NCBI RefSeq assembly: GCF_006345805.1
Contig: NC_042998.1
Location: forward strand, 184,512,001 to 184,576,000
From: Octopus sinensis
Taxonomy: Eukaryota
DNA: 64,000 bases
Direction of reading: 5' to 3'
Positions 1 to 13,718 of this stretch are shown piece after piece (positions within the stretch are counted from its first letter, which is position 1; each line of letters opens with the position of its first letter). A model generated the notes under the pieces. It was not told the DNA's origin. It worked only from the letters and a program-made list of their open reading frames with translations, and ran no database searches. A program made the position numbers and the translations under genes.

Positions 1-528
1 AGTGAGAAGCGTATATGGGGAAACTAGAAACAGAAGTTTTAAGTCAGAAGGTCAGAAAGAGAGCATGAGATTTTAGAAAAAGAGAGAGGGAGATAGAGAA
101 TAGGGAGAGAGGGAGAGAGAGATATAGATAAGTAGATAATGAGAGAAAGGGAAAAAGATTAAGCGAGATGACGAAAGGAAGCAGGTGAGATAAATAGGAG
201 TTTGAAGCTGATTGGTGAAGGGTTCACACAGGTGAATAAGAAAGGTTATCATGCTTAGGCTTTCTATGTCAACACATTGATATTTCCCATTCTTCTCTCT
301 TCACTTCGTTGAAACCTCCACATGCTTCTTTGATTTCTTCGCTGAAGATAAAAGACTCCCCAATCTGCCTCATTCCACCACTCACTGCTCCTCTTCCTTC
401 CTTCCTTTTATCTTATATGTATACATATACATATACATATATATACGTGCTTGTGTATGTGTGTGTGTGTATACACGCGCACACATTCACACACACACAT
501 ATATGTACACACATATATATTATATAGC

Positions 529-567
<39 letters not shown>

Positions 568-599
568 TTATATATATATATATCGATATATATATATAT

Positions 600-642
<43 letters not shown>

Positions 643-831
643 TATATATATATATACACGCAAACACCATACCAGATATATAAAACACTTGGTAGCGTTC
701 AAACGATTTGAACTTACACTCCAAAACCTTTACCGAGGACCAAGTCCGCGAAGTAAAGAGTGGCTGAGAATCCCTGACCTCATTTGTTGACTGTATATGT
801 AAATATAAATTTATATTTACACACACAAACA

Positions 832-913
<82 letters not shown>

Positions 914-1384
914 CAACACACACATATAAACAAATCGTTTATTTTCACTGAACTACGGTCATGCTGGGCACCGTCCTTGAAGGGTTTATTCAAATAAATC
1001 AACCCTAGTGCTTATTTTTATAAGCAGATATCATTCTTTTGCTTTCACTTTTAAGTTATGAGGACGTAAAAGAACAAACACCGGTTGTCAAGCAGTTTGT
1101 GTGAGGGGAAAAACAAGGACACAAAGACACAAACACACCCACAAGCTTATATATGTGGCAGGCCTCCACACGGTTTCCATCTTGTCTCCCTCTATCTACT
1201 AGTTGTATTTGTCTGTCTAAATGTCTTCGACATTTTGCCCTTCTGTTGGGGGTATTAGAGGCTCAGATCCTTGCAGGTGTTAAAATGGACGTGCCCCGTC
1301 CCCGCGTCTCCAAGGAAAAAAATACGCACAATGAAAACAATATAATAGCTTGAGAGCGTTGGATCAATTAATATCAGTTAACTG

Positions 1385-1640
1385 TACCACCACCACCACC
1401 ACCACCACCACCAGACCCACCACCACCACCACCACCACCACCACCAAACCACCACCACCACCACCACCACCACCACCACACCAACCACCACCACCACACC
1501 ACCACCACCACCACCACCACCACCACCACCACCACCACCACCACCAACCACCACCATCCCCACCACAGCTACCACCTGCACAGCTACAGCCACGGCTACT
1601 GCCACGGCCACCACTAATGGCAACAATACTATCAGCAACG
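1385..1640. repeat. (CAC)n trinucleotide block
   Basis: Direct reading. Source of the poly-P/H/T ORFs. Confidence 0.95.
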
Positions 1641-1829
1641 ACGACGTCGTCGACAGATAGGATCCATAATAAGAGAAGTGATTTTGATGGGTCAATAGAG
1701 ACTCGGTGACCAGTCGCTTGAAAGGAACTTCAAGGACAATGAACAGTGCGAGAGTTTGGTGTGGTAGATGCGGAGTTCAGAATGTGCTTTAATGACATGT
1801 AAGGAGAATATTCTTTTCTACTCTAGGTA

Positions 1830-2600
1830 GAAGGCCCGAAATGTTGGGGGAGAGGGCCAGTAGATTAGATCGACCCCATTACGCAACTGGTACTTAATTT
1901 ATTGACCCCGAAAGGATGAAAGGCAAAGACGACCTCGGCGGAATTTGAACTCAGACGAAATACTACTAAGCATTTCGCCCGGCGTGCTTACGTTTCTTAT
2001 TTCTTTATTGCCTAAAAAAGGGGCTGCACACAGAGGGGACAAACAAGGACAGACAAAGGAATTAAGTCGATTATATCGACCCCAGTGCGTAACTGGTACT
2101 TATTTAATCGACCCCGAAAGGATGAAAGGCAAAATCGACCTCGGTGGAATTTGAACTCAGGACGTAGCGGCAGACGAAATACCTATTTCTTTACTACCCA
2201 CAAGGAGCTAAACATAGAGGGGACAAACAAGGATAGACAAAGGAATTAAGTCGATTATATCGACGACAGTGAGTAACTGGTATTTATTTAATCGACCCCG
2301 AAAGGATGAAAGGCAAAGTCGACCTCGGTGGAATTTGAACTCAGAACGTAGCGGCAGACGAAATACACATTTCTTTACTACCCACAAGGGGCTAAACAAA
2401 GAGAGGACAAACAAGGACAGACAAACGGATTAAGTCGATTATATCGACACCAGTGAGTAACTGGTACTTATTTAATCGGCCCCGAAAGGATGAAAGTCAA
2501 AGTTGACCCCGGCGGAATTTGAACTCAGAACGTAGCGGCAGACGAAATACCGCTAAGCATTTCGCCAGGCGTGCTAACGATTCTGCCAGCTCGCCGCCTT
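1830..2600 (-). mobile_element. SINE family B with four tandem internal units
   Basis: CCCCGAAAGGATGAAAG core at 1906, 2112, 2296 and 2480 (spacing 206, 184, 184). The head, whose + strand reads GCTAACGATTCTGCCAGCTCGCCGCC, lies at the right end. Confidence 0.8.
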
Positions 2601-3199
2601 ATGTAGGAGAATATTATATACCAACAACATGTAAAAGTGTGTGTGTGTGTGTTGTGTATGGTTATATTGACCAGTGTGAAAACGATGTTGATTCAAAACG
2701 TGTTACTTAACCGTTCAGTAGAGATTGATAAAGTACCAGAGTGAAATAAGTTCTGGTGACAATTATTTCTTTTGATATGGATGTGGGCGGAAATTTGTGC
2801 GCAAATTTAGTCTTTCTTTGCAAAGCACGTGAGTAACCATTATTCAGATTTCTTCAATTAAAAAAACAAATCCAATTTCAACCTGAAAACCTTGCGTGCT
2901 CACCATTTTCCCCGCTGTGCACTAGTTGTAAAACGTGCGCGCAGGGGTTGATATAATGAGCTAGATATCCTTGAAGACGATGTTACAGAATAACTGCTGT
3001 GTAACCAATAAAACTATGACGTATGCACAGCAGTAACAATTCCTCTTACTGATTCCTCTTACAGATTGTACACACACCAGATACATCCTGAACCGCAGGG
3101 CTGTTTCATTGAACGATGCTCTCCAACAGTTGATTTAACGTACACCTTCTGCTTCTTCTATTGATATTACAACTTTCTCTCTTCCTATACCTCCCTCCC

Positions 3200-3990
3200 G
3201 CTATCGAAACTCATGCGAAATTTCATTTTAATCCTTTATTCATATAAGAAGCTGGAAAACTGTCAGGCTGAATAATTTATGCAGTCAGTTCTCTCTTGCA
3301 AGTTAGTCAAATGCTAACTTATATTAGTTCGAAATGAATTCATTTAATTATCCCTACAAAACTTTTGTGGGCACTGTACCAAGAACAAGCCTGCAAGTTG
3401 TCTACAGATTTCAGAACTCAGTTTGGTTGTAACTATTTCACTAGAAAATGCACCTGAAAAAGACAAATATCTTATTTCTGTCTCATTCATGGATTTGCGC
3501 CTTCGTAAGAAACTGATATTGGTGAAAGAAGCAATTTGAATATCTTATCAAGAAATGACAGAGTGGCTAATTGTAAAACAAAATCAAAGTTTTCATTTAG
3601 AATTTAGTTTGGATTTTCAGCAGTAAATTTCCTTTCTACTGGAGTAAGTTCCTGCAGAGAACATCTACAACGTTAGTAAAAACAAGAATATTTAATCCTT
3701 CAAAGCACTGAAATTCTGTTTCCCGGATGCTGTTCTTGAAATGGGAAAGATTTTATCCCGGAAAGACATTTCGAGTGACAGTTAATTATCAAGACGTTTG
3801 ACAGAATGACTGAAATCGTAGGGTATTTCGTGGTTATGGAAAGTCAAAGGAATTAAGAATTTGATAGAATTAAATCCGACTGCTGTGAAGAGTTAAACAA
3901 TGTTGCGTATGTGCTTCGCGGTGAGAATGAACGGGACGAGTTGAAGAGGAACAACGGAAATTAAAATCTTGTTAAGTGAGGCGGCAAAAT
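3200..3990 (-). pseudogene. Possible decayed leucine-rich-repeat (Toll-like) coding remnant
   Basis: Stop-interrupted minus-strand peptides: FQCFEGLNILVFTN; DIQIASFTNISFLRRRKSMNETEIRYLSFSG; DN*MNSFRTNIS*HLTNLQE. Microsatellite-free. Resemblance only. Confidence 0.3.
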
Positions 3991-4414
3991 ATAAGTAGGG
4001 TAATCAAGAGGTATACTGAGGGCAAAAATAAAAGATAACTTATGAAAGACAGTCGATTAAAAGGATTTCTATATCAATTGTGCTATAGAATTTCAGTAAT
4101 TGTTAAATTTATTGGTCGAGCACAAACGATTTTGAAAAATATAAGTATTTCCCAGGATGTAATTTAAAATTTTAAAAATTATATAATTATTTTATTATTA
4201 TTATTATTATTGCAAATGGTTAGATAAGAATGTTGATACTTAATTCTAAGGGGAAATTTCGCATTTTTATTATATTTAGAATGATAAAGAAGCAGTGTTC
4301 CCAATCGAGGTCCATTGAACACTTGTGTTCTGCAAGAAATAGTGACACCCCACCACACACATGCATATGTATATATACATACATACATACATACATATAT
4401 ATATATAATATATA

Positions 4415-4483
<69 letters not shown>

Positions 4484-5562
4484 CATATATATATATTTAT
4501 ACACACACTCACACGCACACACACATATACGTATATTAATATGCTAATTATATGCAATGCTGTTTTTAGTAATTTTCGTTTTCAGTTCTATGGTCGTAAC
4601 TTTATACAAAATTCTGACATCTGTATCTAGTAAGGAGACATTAAGGGGAAAATGACTTCATAATAGGAAATGGTAAGATAATTTAGTCTAAACAAGTTAC
4701 CTTATAATTTCTTATGTCATCATCTTTTATGGTGTTTGATGAAATTAACTCTGCTAAACCTTTCACAGTTTTATGATTTGTTTAATTACTAAGGGAATTT
4801 AAATTTACAGAAAGAAAATGATTAAGATATAAAATAACCTTTATGCTTGGTATTCCCTTAGATATGCAATGCATTTTAGGAGCATTGACAGAATAAAAAG
4901 GTCGAGGGTACTCTGATTTTAGCATAGAAATAAGATACTTAATTTCAACTGCGAATCGAAACTGCTTTCAGAATGGATACGAGCATAGATGTCTAGATTT
5001 ATTGAGCAGCTCATATCTCAGAGGAATAAACAAGTACGGAGGACAACTATATAAATATATCAAATTTATTTATAAGGAATTGAGAGAATATGAAAAAAAT
5101 AAATAAAATAAAATTGAAGTTGTCTGAGTAGAATGTAACATCCAAAGGTAATCCAACAGATTAAATGCCAGAAGGAACGAAAGTAAGTAAATGCCAGAAA
5201 GACTAACCAAGATTAAATGCCTTGAAGGAATGAAAGAGGAAACCGAATTCACTTTCACAATCTAAGACCGAAAGCATTTTGTTGGTTATGCTGGTGGCAA
5301 ATATATCTGGGAAATTTTAGTTAATTTAATTCTGACAACTATATTGATTTCAAATTTTAGCATAATGCCAATGCGAACTCCGGCAGAATTTGAACCAGGG
5401 ACGTAAACAATTAAACAGTTCTATATGTGAAAGAAGCAAGGGCGTACATCAGCGCAAACGAATACAGACATACAGGGTAGAGTAAAATTTCCCCATCCCA
5501 CCCTCTATAACACTATACATACATGTATATATCTATCTTTCCTCTCTTTCTCTCTCTTTCTT

Positions 5563-5618
<56 letters not shown>

Positions 5619-5888
5619 TATATATATCCTGGTCAAACTATGCAAGATAGCTTCGAACCACGTGATTCCGAGTTAAACTACAACTATGCGGTGCCTTAAG
5701 CAAGTATCTTCTAATATAGTCGCAGGCCAACCGGTGTGTCGTGAGCTAATCTGTTAGAAGGTCAAGAGGCAAGAGTCCGTCGTCTAGCTCTCTTTTTACA
5801 TACATACAAACACACACACAAAGATTTATTTTATATACATATACATACACACACACACACAAACACACACACACATACATATATCCTT

Positions 5889-6276
5889 AGGCGTGGCTGT
5901 GTGGTAAGAAGCTTACTTACCAACCACATGGTTTTGGATTCAGTCCCACTGCGTGGCACCTTGGGCAAGTGTCTTCTATTATAACCTCGGACCAACCAAA
6001 ACCTTGTGAGTGGATTTGGTGGACAGAAACTGAAAAAAGCCCGTCGTATATATATATATTTTTGTGTGTCTGTGTTTGTTCCTCCACCATCGCTTCACAA
6101 CCGATGCTGGTGTATTTACGTCCCCGTAACTTTACGGTTCGGCAAAAATTACCGATAGAATAAGTACTAGGCTTACAACGAATAAGTTCTGGAGTCGACT
6201 CGTTCGACTGAAGGCAGTGCTCCAGTATGGCCGCAGTCAAATGACTGAAACAAGCAAGAGAAAAGAATAAAAGAAT
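5889..6276 (+). mobile_element. tRNA-derived SINE family A, full length
   Basis: tRNA-like head (GGCTGTGTGG...GATTCAGTCCC), internal (TA)/(TG) tract, tail CCGCAGTCAAATGACTGAAAC...AAGAATA. Several copies in the window. Confidence 0.8.
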
Positions 6277-8086
6277 ATATATATATGTTTGTATGTGTGT
6301 GTGTGCGCTCGTGTAAGTTCTGTGATTATAAATTTCAGCAAAAATCGTTTTAAACGACTAACACTTTAAATTGTATGTAAACGAAAGCGCAGATGATTCC
6401 TATTACCCTTATGCTATTAGTCATTTTTACTCACACATCTCTTACTCTTTCTTTCTGTCTCTCCCCTTCTGTCTCTTTCTATCTATCTTCTTAATGATCA
6501 ATCTATCTAGTTATCTATCTGTCTAATTACATGCGCTTGTATGTATATATGTATATGTATGCATGAAAATATAACATACACACACACACACCTTCTCTGT
6601 CTGTCTCTCTTTATATATATAGCCACTCACGCACACGGATGATTAGATAGAAATTGCGTTCACAAAGGCACAGTAATGAAGAACTAAGGTTTCCTGCATC
6701 TTCTTTGACGATCGTATAAAATTATGAACCTCTCTGAAAAATTGTAAAAATTATTTGTGTGTGACAATCATAATGTCACTTGTGTCAAAATGCGATAAAA
6801 GTAAATCCGAGGAAACTATTAGAGATATTGTGATGAAGAAAGCATTCAGTGTGTAATTAGATATAGGAAGCATATAAAGTTGCATGGTAATGCCGTCAGA
6901 GAAAAGGAATGATTAAGAGAAAGTCTGTTAATCGGGAATTTTCCTGACAGTAGTTAATTGTAAATGGAAAGTTTGAGATTTTGGAAAAATGAATTAAAAA
7001 TAATAATAGCTGAAATGAATCATCGATAACGTAAGCGGGGAGAAAGTTTTCTTTGGTGACTTGAATAACAAGGCCAAGTTTAAAACCTGCTTTCAAGAAA
7101 ATATTGTGGACACTATTGAATGTAACCATATTCAGAAGCAAGAAAATAGTTTGTAGCTTTTCATGTGCAGCAGTTGTTCAATGAACGATCAAAGACTACA
7201 TTGGCACCACGGGAAGTAGGCATCTTCCGTACCAACAGCAATTCCTTAAAGCGGAAGAGGAAAGGTCTGCAGTCGAAAACCATTATGCAAGATCAAAAGG
7301 CAGCAATGATGTCCTTTGCTACACTCTGCATTCTTCATCTCATTTTGTGATGACAAAAAGTTTTGGCATTTGCCATTTATACCTCATTTCTATCGATTTC
7401 TCGACTAACCAATGCTTCATAGGACATACGATTTAAATAAAAATCTTTTGAAGACACACAGGATTAACATGGTTAGTTATAATTATGTTTATTTAGGAAA
7501 GAACAAGAAGCAAACAAGATGACGATATGTATCTCAAGAATCTAATATCAATAAGTTATGAAATGAATCCAATACAGGAGGGAACGAAACTCAACGAAAT
7601 GGGAGAGTTTTGAGAAATTTGGGAGAAGTTATGAGAATGTATTGGAATACTGTTATAACGAATATTACAAGTTGGTTAATATCAATTGGACAATACCCTA
7701 GCAAAATGTGTGTCTTAATTAGGTTTGTAATATTTTATAATAATCGTAATTCATTGCATTCTTCAACAACAAACTAAACATATACGCACAGCCTTCACTT
7801 TACATAAACGCTCACACATAATATGTAGAAGAAAAATATATATGTATATATATGTGTGTTTGTGTGTGAGTGCGTGTGTATGTGTGTGTGCGTGTGTGTG
7901 AGTGTGTGTAAATATATGCATCTAAATAATATGTGATGGTGCGTGCTGTAGTGGTTTCGGTATTAGGCTTGTGATCATAATATCGTGAGTTCAACTGGAT
8001 GCATTGTGTTCTTGAGCAAGACACTTCACTTCACGCTACTCCGGCCTACTCAGCCAAAAATGAGGACCGGGCAAGTACTGATGTAG

Positions 8087-8120
<34 letters not shown>

Positions 8121-8268
8121 TCAACTTTCATGTCTTGAATACGTCGCTGAGTCAAGGATGGGAGAGTCCAGAGAGTGCTTACCAGGGCGGATACGCAGTA
8201 GAAAATATGGCAAATGTTTGTGAAGTTATAATCGCTCGCATCTGACGTCTTTATTAAATATAAATCAC

Positions 8269-8530
<262 letters not shown>

Positions 8531-9953
8531 TCATACGTACATATATACTCATACATATATATATATCACCCATAACCTTTTAATCTAAATTCATTTCAGT
8601 GGCTCATCTGGATTCTTTCCATTAGTTCATTTAACTATGCAAATTATACTGGTCAAATATTATAAGTAACTCTGATTCCTTTGTCATGTGATCACGCAAA
8701 CTTAAATAGTTTATACTGTAAGAATGAGATCTAACAGACCTAAATATGTTCAATGTGTTCCTTGCCTGCAAACAAAAATCGGAGTTTCTACATGTTATAT
8801 CGCAATACAACTCAGTGGCTGTATGAGCTACGAAATCCTAGTCGCCACTGTTATGTCGCACGTTCGGATCTTCTACTTCACTCTACTCTCTCGACGTCTA
8901 GACTTCTCCCTCTATATCTACGTATTGGGCTAGTCTACTTCATCGTCTGGGGGCTCCACACAACACTAAATTAACTTCGAAAGATTTATCCTTAGTTTCT
9001 CACCTTTTTTTTTTTGAGATTCTGTATCTATTTCCACATTTTTAAAATTACAAACCAAGTTTCTCCATTTTTAGTTTTGTTTACTTAAAAATATATTTTA
9101 CTCAAGCTAACTTGGAGAATATCTCTCTCTCTCTCTCAATATTTCACTCTTTCTCACTTGCTGATTGAGAAAAACCTATATTTTATTGACGACACTCAAG
9201 TTATGACCAACCCGATTTAAACCTTAGACTGTATCCTTAACTACATTTTTCAATGTTGCTGTCTTCTCAAGATGGTAGACTATAATTTGAATGAGATTTG
9301 GCAGCTATTTCTAGCAAGTCATGCAACCTCATGGAGGTTCCCTATTTAGCATTTGTGTGTTTGTATGTGTATTTACATTTGGATGTACAAACGGGAGGTC
9401 AATATATATAGTTTGGAGTCGAATCATCGGCTTAGAACGAATTTATATGTATATATGTGCGTAAAACAAAATACAGAAGCAAATAACAAAAGACTCAAAA
9501 TAAAAAGAAGAAAAAAACACATCAAACAACCCTACAAACCACTGAACAAAATTCCATAATCTATATTAGCAACATAAACAAAATTCTTTGAAGGCCAACT
9601 TACTATTCAACATAAAAGTCACATGCTTAATAGATACAACTTCGATGGAATTTTCAATTAAAGTAATTCCATATATATTTGTTTTATGAAAAGCACCCCA
9701 CCTTCTCCATAACATTTTTTGATTTTTTGAATGCATCAATTGCTTGATAGATAATTTTCAATAAATATGGGAGTGCATCAGCAAGTAACGTCGTTCTTTT
9801 GGGATTGAGGTAACTGTAATTTGACAACTTTCCCTCGTCTTTATCATTAATATCAGGTGAAAATATATTAATGATATTTATACATATATGCACACGTAAA
9901 TACGCGCGCGCGGACAAACACACACATACATACACACACACACACACACGAAT

Positions 9954-9985
<32 letters not shown>

Positions 9986-10088
9986 TTATACATAAATATG
10001 TATGTCTGCTTATATATGTGTGTTTGTGTGTGTGAGTGTGTGTGTGAGAGTGTGTGTGTGTGTGTGTGTGTGATATATATATATATAT

Positions 10089-10136
<48 letters not shown>

Positions 10137-10138
10137 AG

Positions 10139-10170
<32 letters not shown>

Positions 10171-10219
10171 GTGTGTGTGTGTGTGATATATATATAATAT
10201 ATATCACACACACACACAC

Positions 10220-10264
<45 letters not shown>

Positions 10265-10285
10265 ATATATAATATATATATATAT

Positions 10286-10318
<33 letters not shown>

Positions 10319-11121
10319 TCATATATATTCATATCTATCTGCCGCTCTGTCTGCCCCTTTGCCGCTCTTTCTCTCTTACTCTCTCTATCCTTCCTCTTTC
10401 TTATCCTCCCTTCTCTACACCTCTACCTTTTCCCCAATCCTCCACTCCACACCATCCCCTCTCTTCCTCCCCCTCCGTTTTTCTATCTATCTATCTATCT
10501 GTGACTTATGTGCGTGCATGTTTTTATCAACTTTGAACTGATATCATCTCCACACACACACACACACACACACGTATGTAAATATGTATGTACATTTTTA
10601 CTTATTCATCTGTGTGTGTATATGAATGTGTGTGTGTGCTTTACTGTTGGTACTCTTAACAGCGGTTTGATTTCCACATTGATCTTTTTACCGAATAGAA
10701 AATTTATTTTATTAACTTTTGTTTGCGCATTTTTAGTGTCTGATAAATGATCCGTAAATTTAATTTTTTTTCCAATTAAAATAATATTTTAAAGCGAATA
10801 TTCTACAAAATTTTTGTTTTCTAAAGAAATCCTTGTTTATTTTTGGCCCTAATTTATAAAAAAATATATATTTGCAAAGTTTTCGGTAAACATTTGCATC
10901 TCCTGTATTCTTTAAAATGTTATTAATCTATGTTTCATTAAAGAAAGAATCTAGATTACACTCACACACTCACACACGACACACACACACACACACACAC
11001 TGTCACATACATTTACACACATTCACACAGTCACATAATCCTATGCCCACATAGACACATATACCATATATTATTAAACACACAAGTACGTACATAGATA
11101 AATACATACATACATATACAT

Positions 11122-11167
<46 letters not shown>

Positions 11168-11776
11168 AATATATACATACAATACTATATATGCGTGTGT
11201 ACGCCTGTGTATATAAACATATTCATATATATTTATATATAATATTTATTGAAAGCTAAGTCTGAATATGTCGCATATTATTCCAATCTACATAACAGTA
11301 TTGAGCACTTTCTTTTGCTTAATTGCAATTTCGTGCCGCCACAATGCCACCAACCCTTATGTAATAATATATAAATATATGTAGAAACCACCTCCATTTT
11401 TTTGTATTTTTTAAAAAATTAACACTTTACAAATTAATGTTTTTTTTTTCCAACAATATCTTTATAACATGTAAGATTCAAAACACTATTTTGTTAATAT
11501 ATGAAGTTTTACCTTCATATTTATTACACATAAAAAATTATTTTTACATAATATGTATTTCATTACCATATTTATTACAAGTTATATACTGTATATTACT
11601 GTATATATAAGTTGAATATTTATATATATGATTATATTTACGAGCGCATAACTTATATCCCATTCGTCTATAATACAACTGTGCCTTTCTATATCATATA
11701 TATGCAATATGCAATGCATATACATGCGTTCACCATATGGTATACACGTGCTATACGACATATATATCATCTATCA

Positions 11777-11852
<76 letters not shown>

Positions 11853-11854
11853 GT

Positions 11855-11893
<39 letters not shown>

Positions 11894-11929
11894 TATGTGT
11901 GACTATAAATGTATATGTGGGCATTATAT

Positions 11930-12205
11930 ATATATATATATATAAAGCTGAAGTTGTCTGTGTATGGCAGGTTTGATAGCCTTCAACTAACACTATCTCC
12001 TCGGAGACCCTGCGGCGCAAGTTGGCCAAAATTGTGAGTATGATTGAAGAAGGCTTGCTCTTCATTTCCTTGAAGGTGTATTTCAACCAGAAAAATGTTC
12101 ACTTAAAGAGAATAACAAGCTACATAATGCAAAATTTTTACTTTTCAAAAATTCCAATTCGAAAGGGTCGAAACAAACCCGAGCAACGTCGGGCGATACT
12201 GTTAG
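11930..12205 (+). mobile_element. Non-autonomous Helitron
   Basis: Left end (TA)nAAAGCTGAAGTTGTCTGTGT. 3' hairpin CCCGA-GCAACG-TCGGG (12178-12193), followed 8 nt later by TTAG|T (degenerate CTAG). Confidence 0.65.
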
Positions 12206-12224
12206 TATATATATAAAGTTAATC

Positions 12225-12351
12225 TAAATATGAAAAATCAAACAGAAAATACAACAACGCGTGGACGTGGAACAAGTATAGTGATATTGGACGCTCAGGA
12301 AAGGAAAAGGTAGAAGAAGGATTTAACGTTTCGAGCGGAGCTCTTCGTCAG
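12225..12351 (-). mobile_element. Penelope-like terminal repeat fragment with hammerhead-like core, copy 1
   Basis: Minus strand reads CTGACGA-A-GAGC-TCC-GCTC-GAAACGTT (12325-12351). About 120 bp are near-identical to 27345-27454. Truncated by (TA)n immediately 5' of the core. Confidence 0.6.
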
Positions 12352-12373
12352 ATATATATATATATGTGTGTGT

Positions 12374-12459
<86 letters not shown>

Positions 12460-12650
12460 ATGTATATATATATTTATATATGCACTTGCGCATATATGTT
12501 TGTATATATGAATGTAGGTTCTCTACTATTTCTAATTGTTTGACTTCTAACAAAGATGCAATGCTCTATCGTTGGAATGTAACTAACAATTCAACATCAT
12601 ATTTTAAACTTGAGAAAAGTTTTGCATGTATGTATGTATGTATGTATGTT

Positions 12651-12682
<32 letters not shown>

Positions 12683-12904
12683 TGTATGTATGTATGTATG
12701 TATGTATGTATTTATGTATGTGTGTGTTTGTGTCAATGTGTGTGTATGGGCGCGTGCATGTAGGCATGTAGCAGTGAGTGTTTGTGCGTGAGACATTCTA
12801 GGTGAGATGTTTCGTTTGTTCTTCCATGTTTATCCCGTCGATTAGTGCCGTAGCTCTAAACACGCTTATTTATTTTTGGCATTATTAGACCTAAGATGAA
12901 ATGC

Positions 12905-13300
12905 TTCCGAGCTGGCAGAATCGTTGGCACGCAGGGAAAATGCTTAGCGGTATTTCGTCTGCCGCTACGTTCTGAGTTCAAATTCCGTCGATGTCGACTT
13001 TGCCTTTCATCCCTTTCGGGGTCGATAAAATAAGTACCAGTTACGCACTGGGGTCGATATAGTCGACTTAATCCGTTTGTCTGTCCTTGTCTGTCCCCTC
13101 TGTGTTTAGCCCCTTGTGGGTAGTAAAGAAATAGGTATTTCGTCTGCCGCTACGTTCTGAGTTCAAATTCCGTTGATGTCGACTTTGCCTTTCATCACTT
13201 TCGGGGTCGATAAAATAAGTATAAGTTGAGTACTGGAGTCGATGTGATCGACTCTCCCACCAAATTTTAGGCCTTGTGCCTATAGTAGAAAGGATTATAT
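12905..13300 (+). mobile_element. SINE family B with two tandem units
   Basis: GAGCTGGCAGAATCGTTGGCACG head. GCCGCTACGTTCTGAGTTCAAATTCC at 12961 and 13146 (185-bp period). Confidence 0.8.
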
Positions 13301-13535
13301 TGAATGCAAAATATTGCTTTCAACACATCTATATCCACGCGCGCACGCATATATTCATATATAATTACAATATCAATATTGTTATATGCACAATTTCTTC
13401 TAATGTATACGCTATTATATGTTTTTAGTGTAAGCTATTATATTTTTGCGCAAAAATATTATTTTTGACAATAAATAGTTGCATTTCATATCACACACGA
13501 TGTGTCTCGATAAGTGTATTGTACGCACTCAGTGA

Positions 13536-13632
<97 letters not shown>

Positions 13633-13633
13633 G

Positions 13634-13680
<47 letters not shown>

Positions 13681-13681
13681 G

Positions 13682-13718
<37 letters not shown>

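Noticed and set aside
1350-1709. Poly-T/P/H ORFs, and similar ORFs at 18625-19242, 28565-30270 and 51729-53106
   Set aside because: Translations of trinucleotide microsatellites with no splice or domain support.
6770-7400. Short protein-like frames (FFGDLN..., KDYIGTTGSRHLP...)
   Set aside because: Fragmented by stops and not assignable to a family from the sequence alone.
8681-8965. Possible solo LTR (TG...CA)
   Set aside because: No matching TSD and no second copy in the window.
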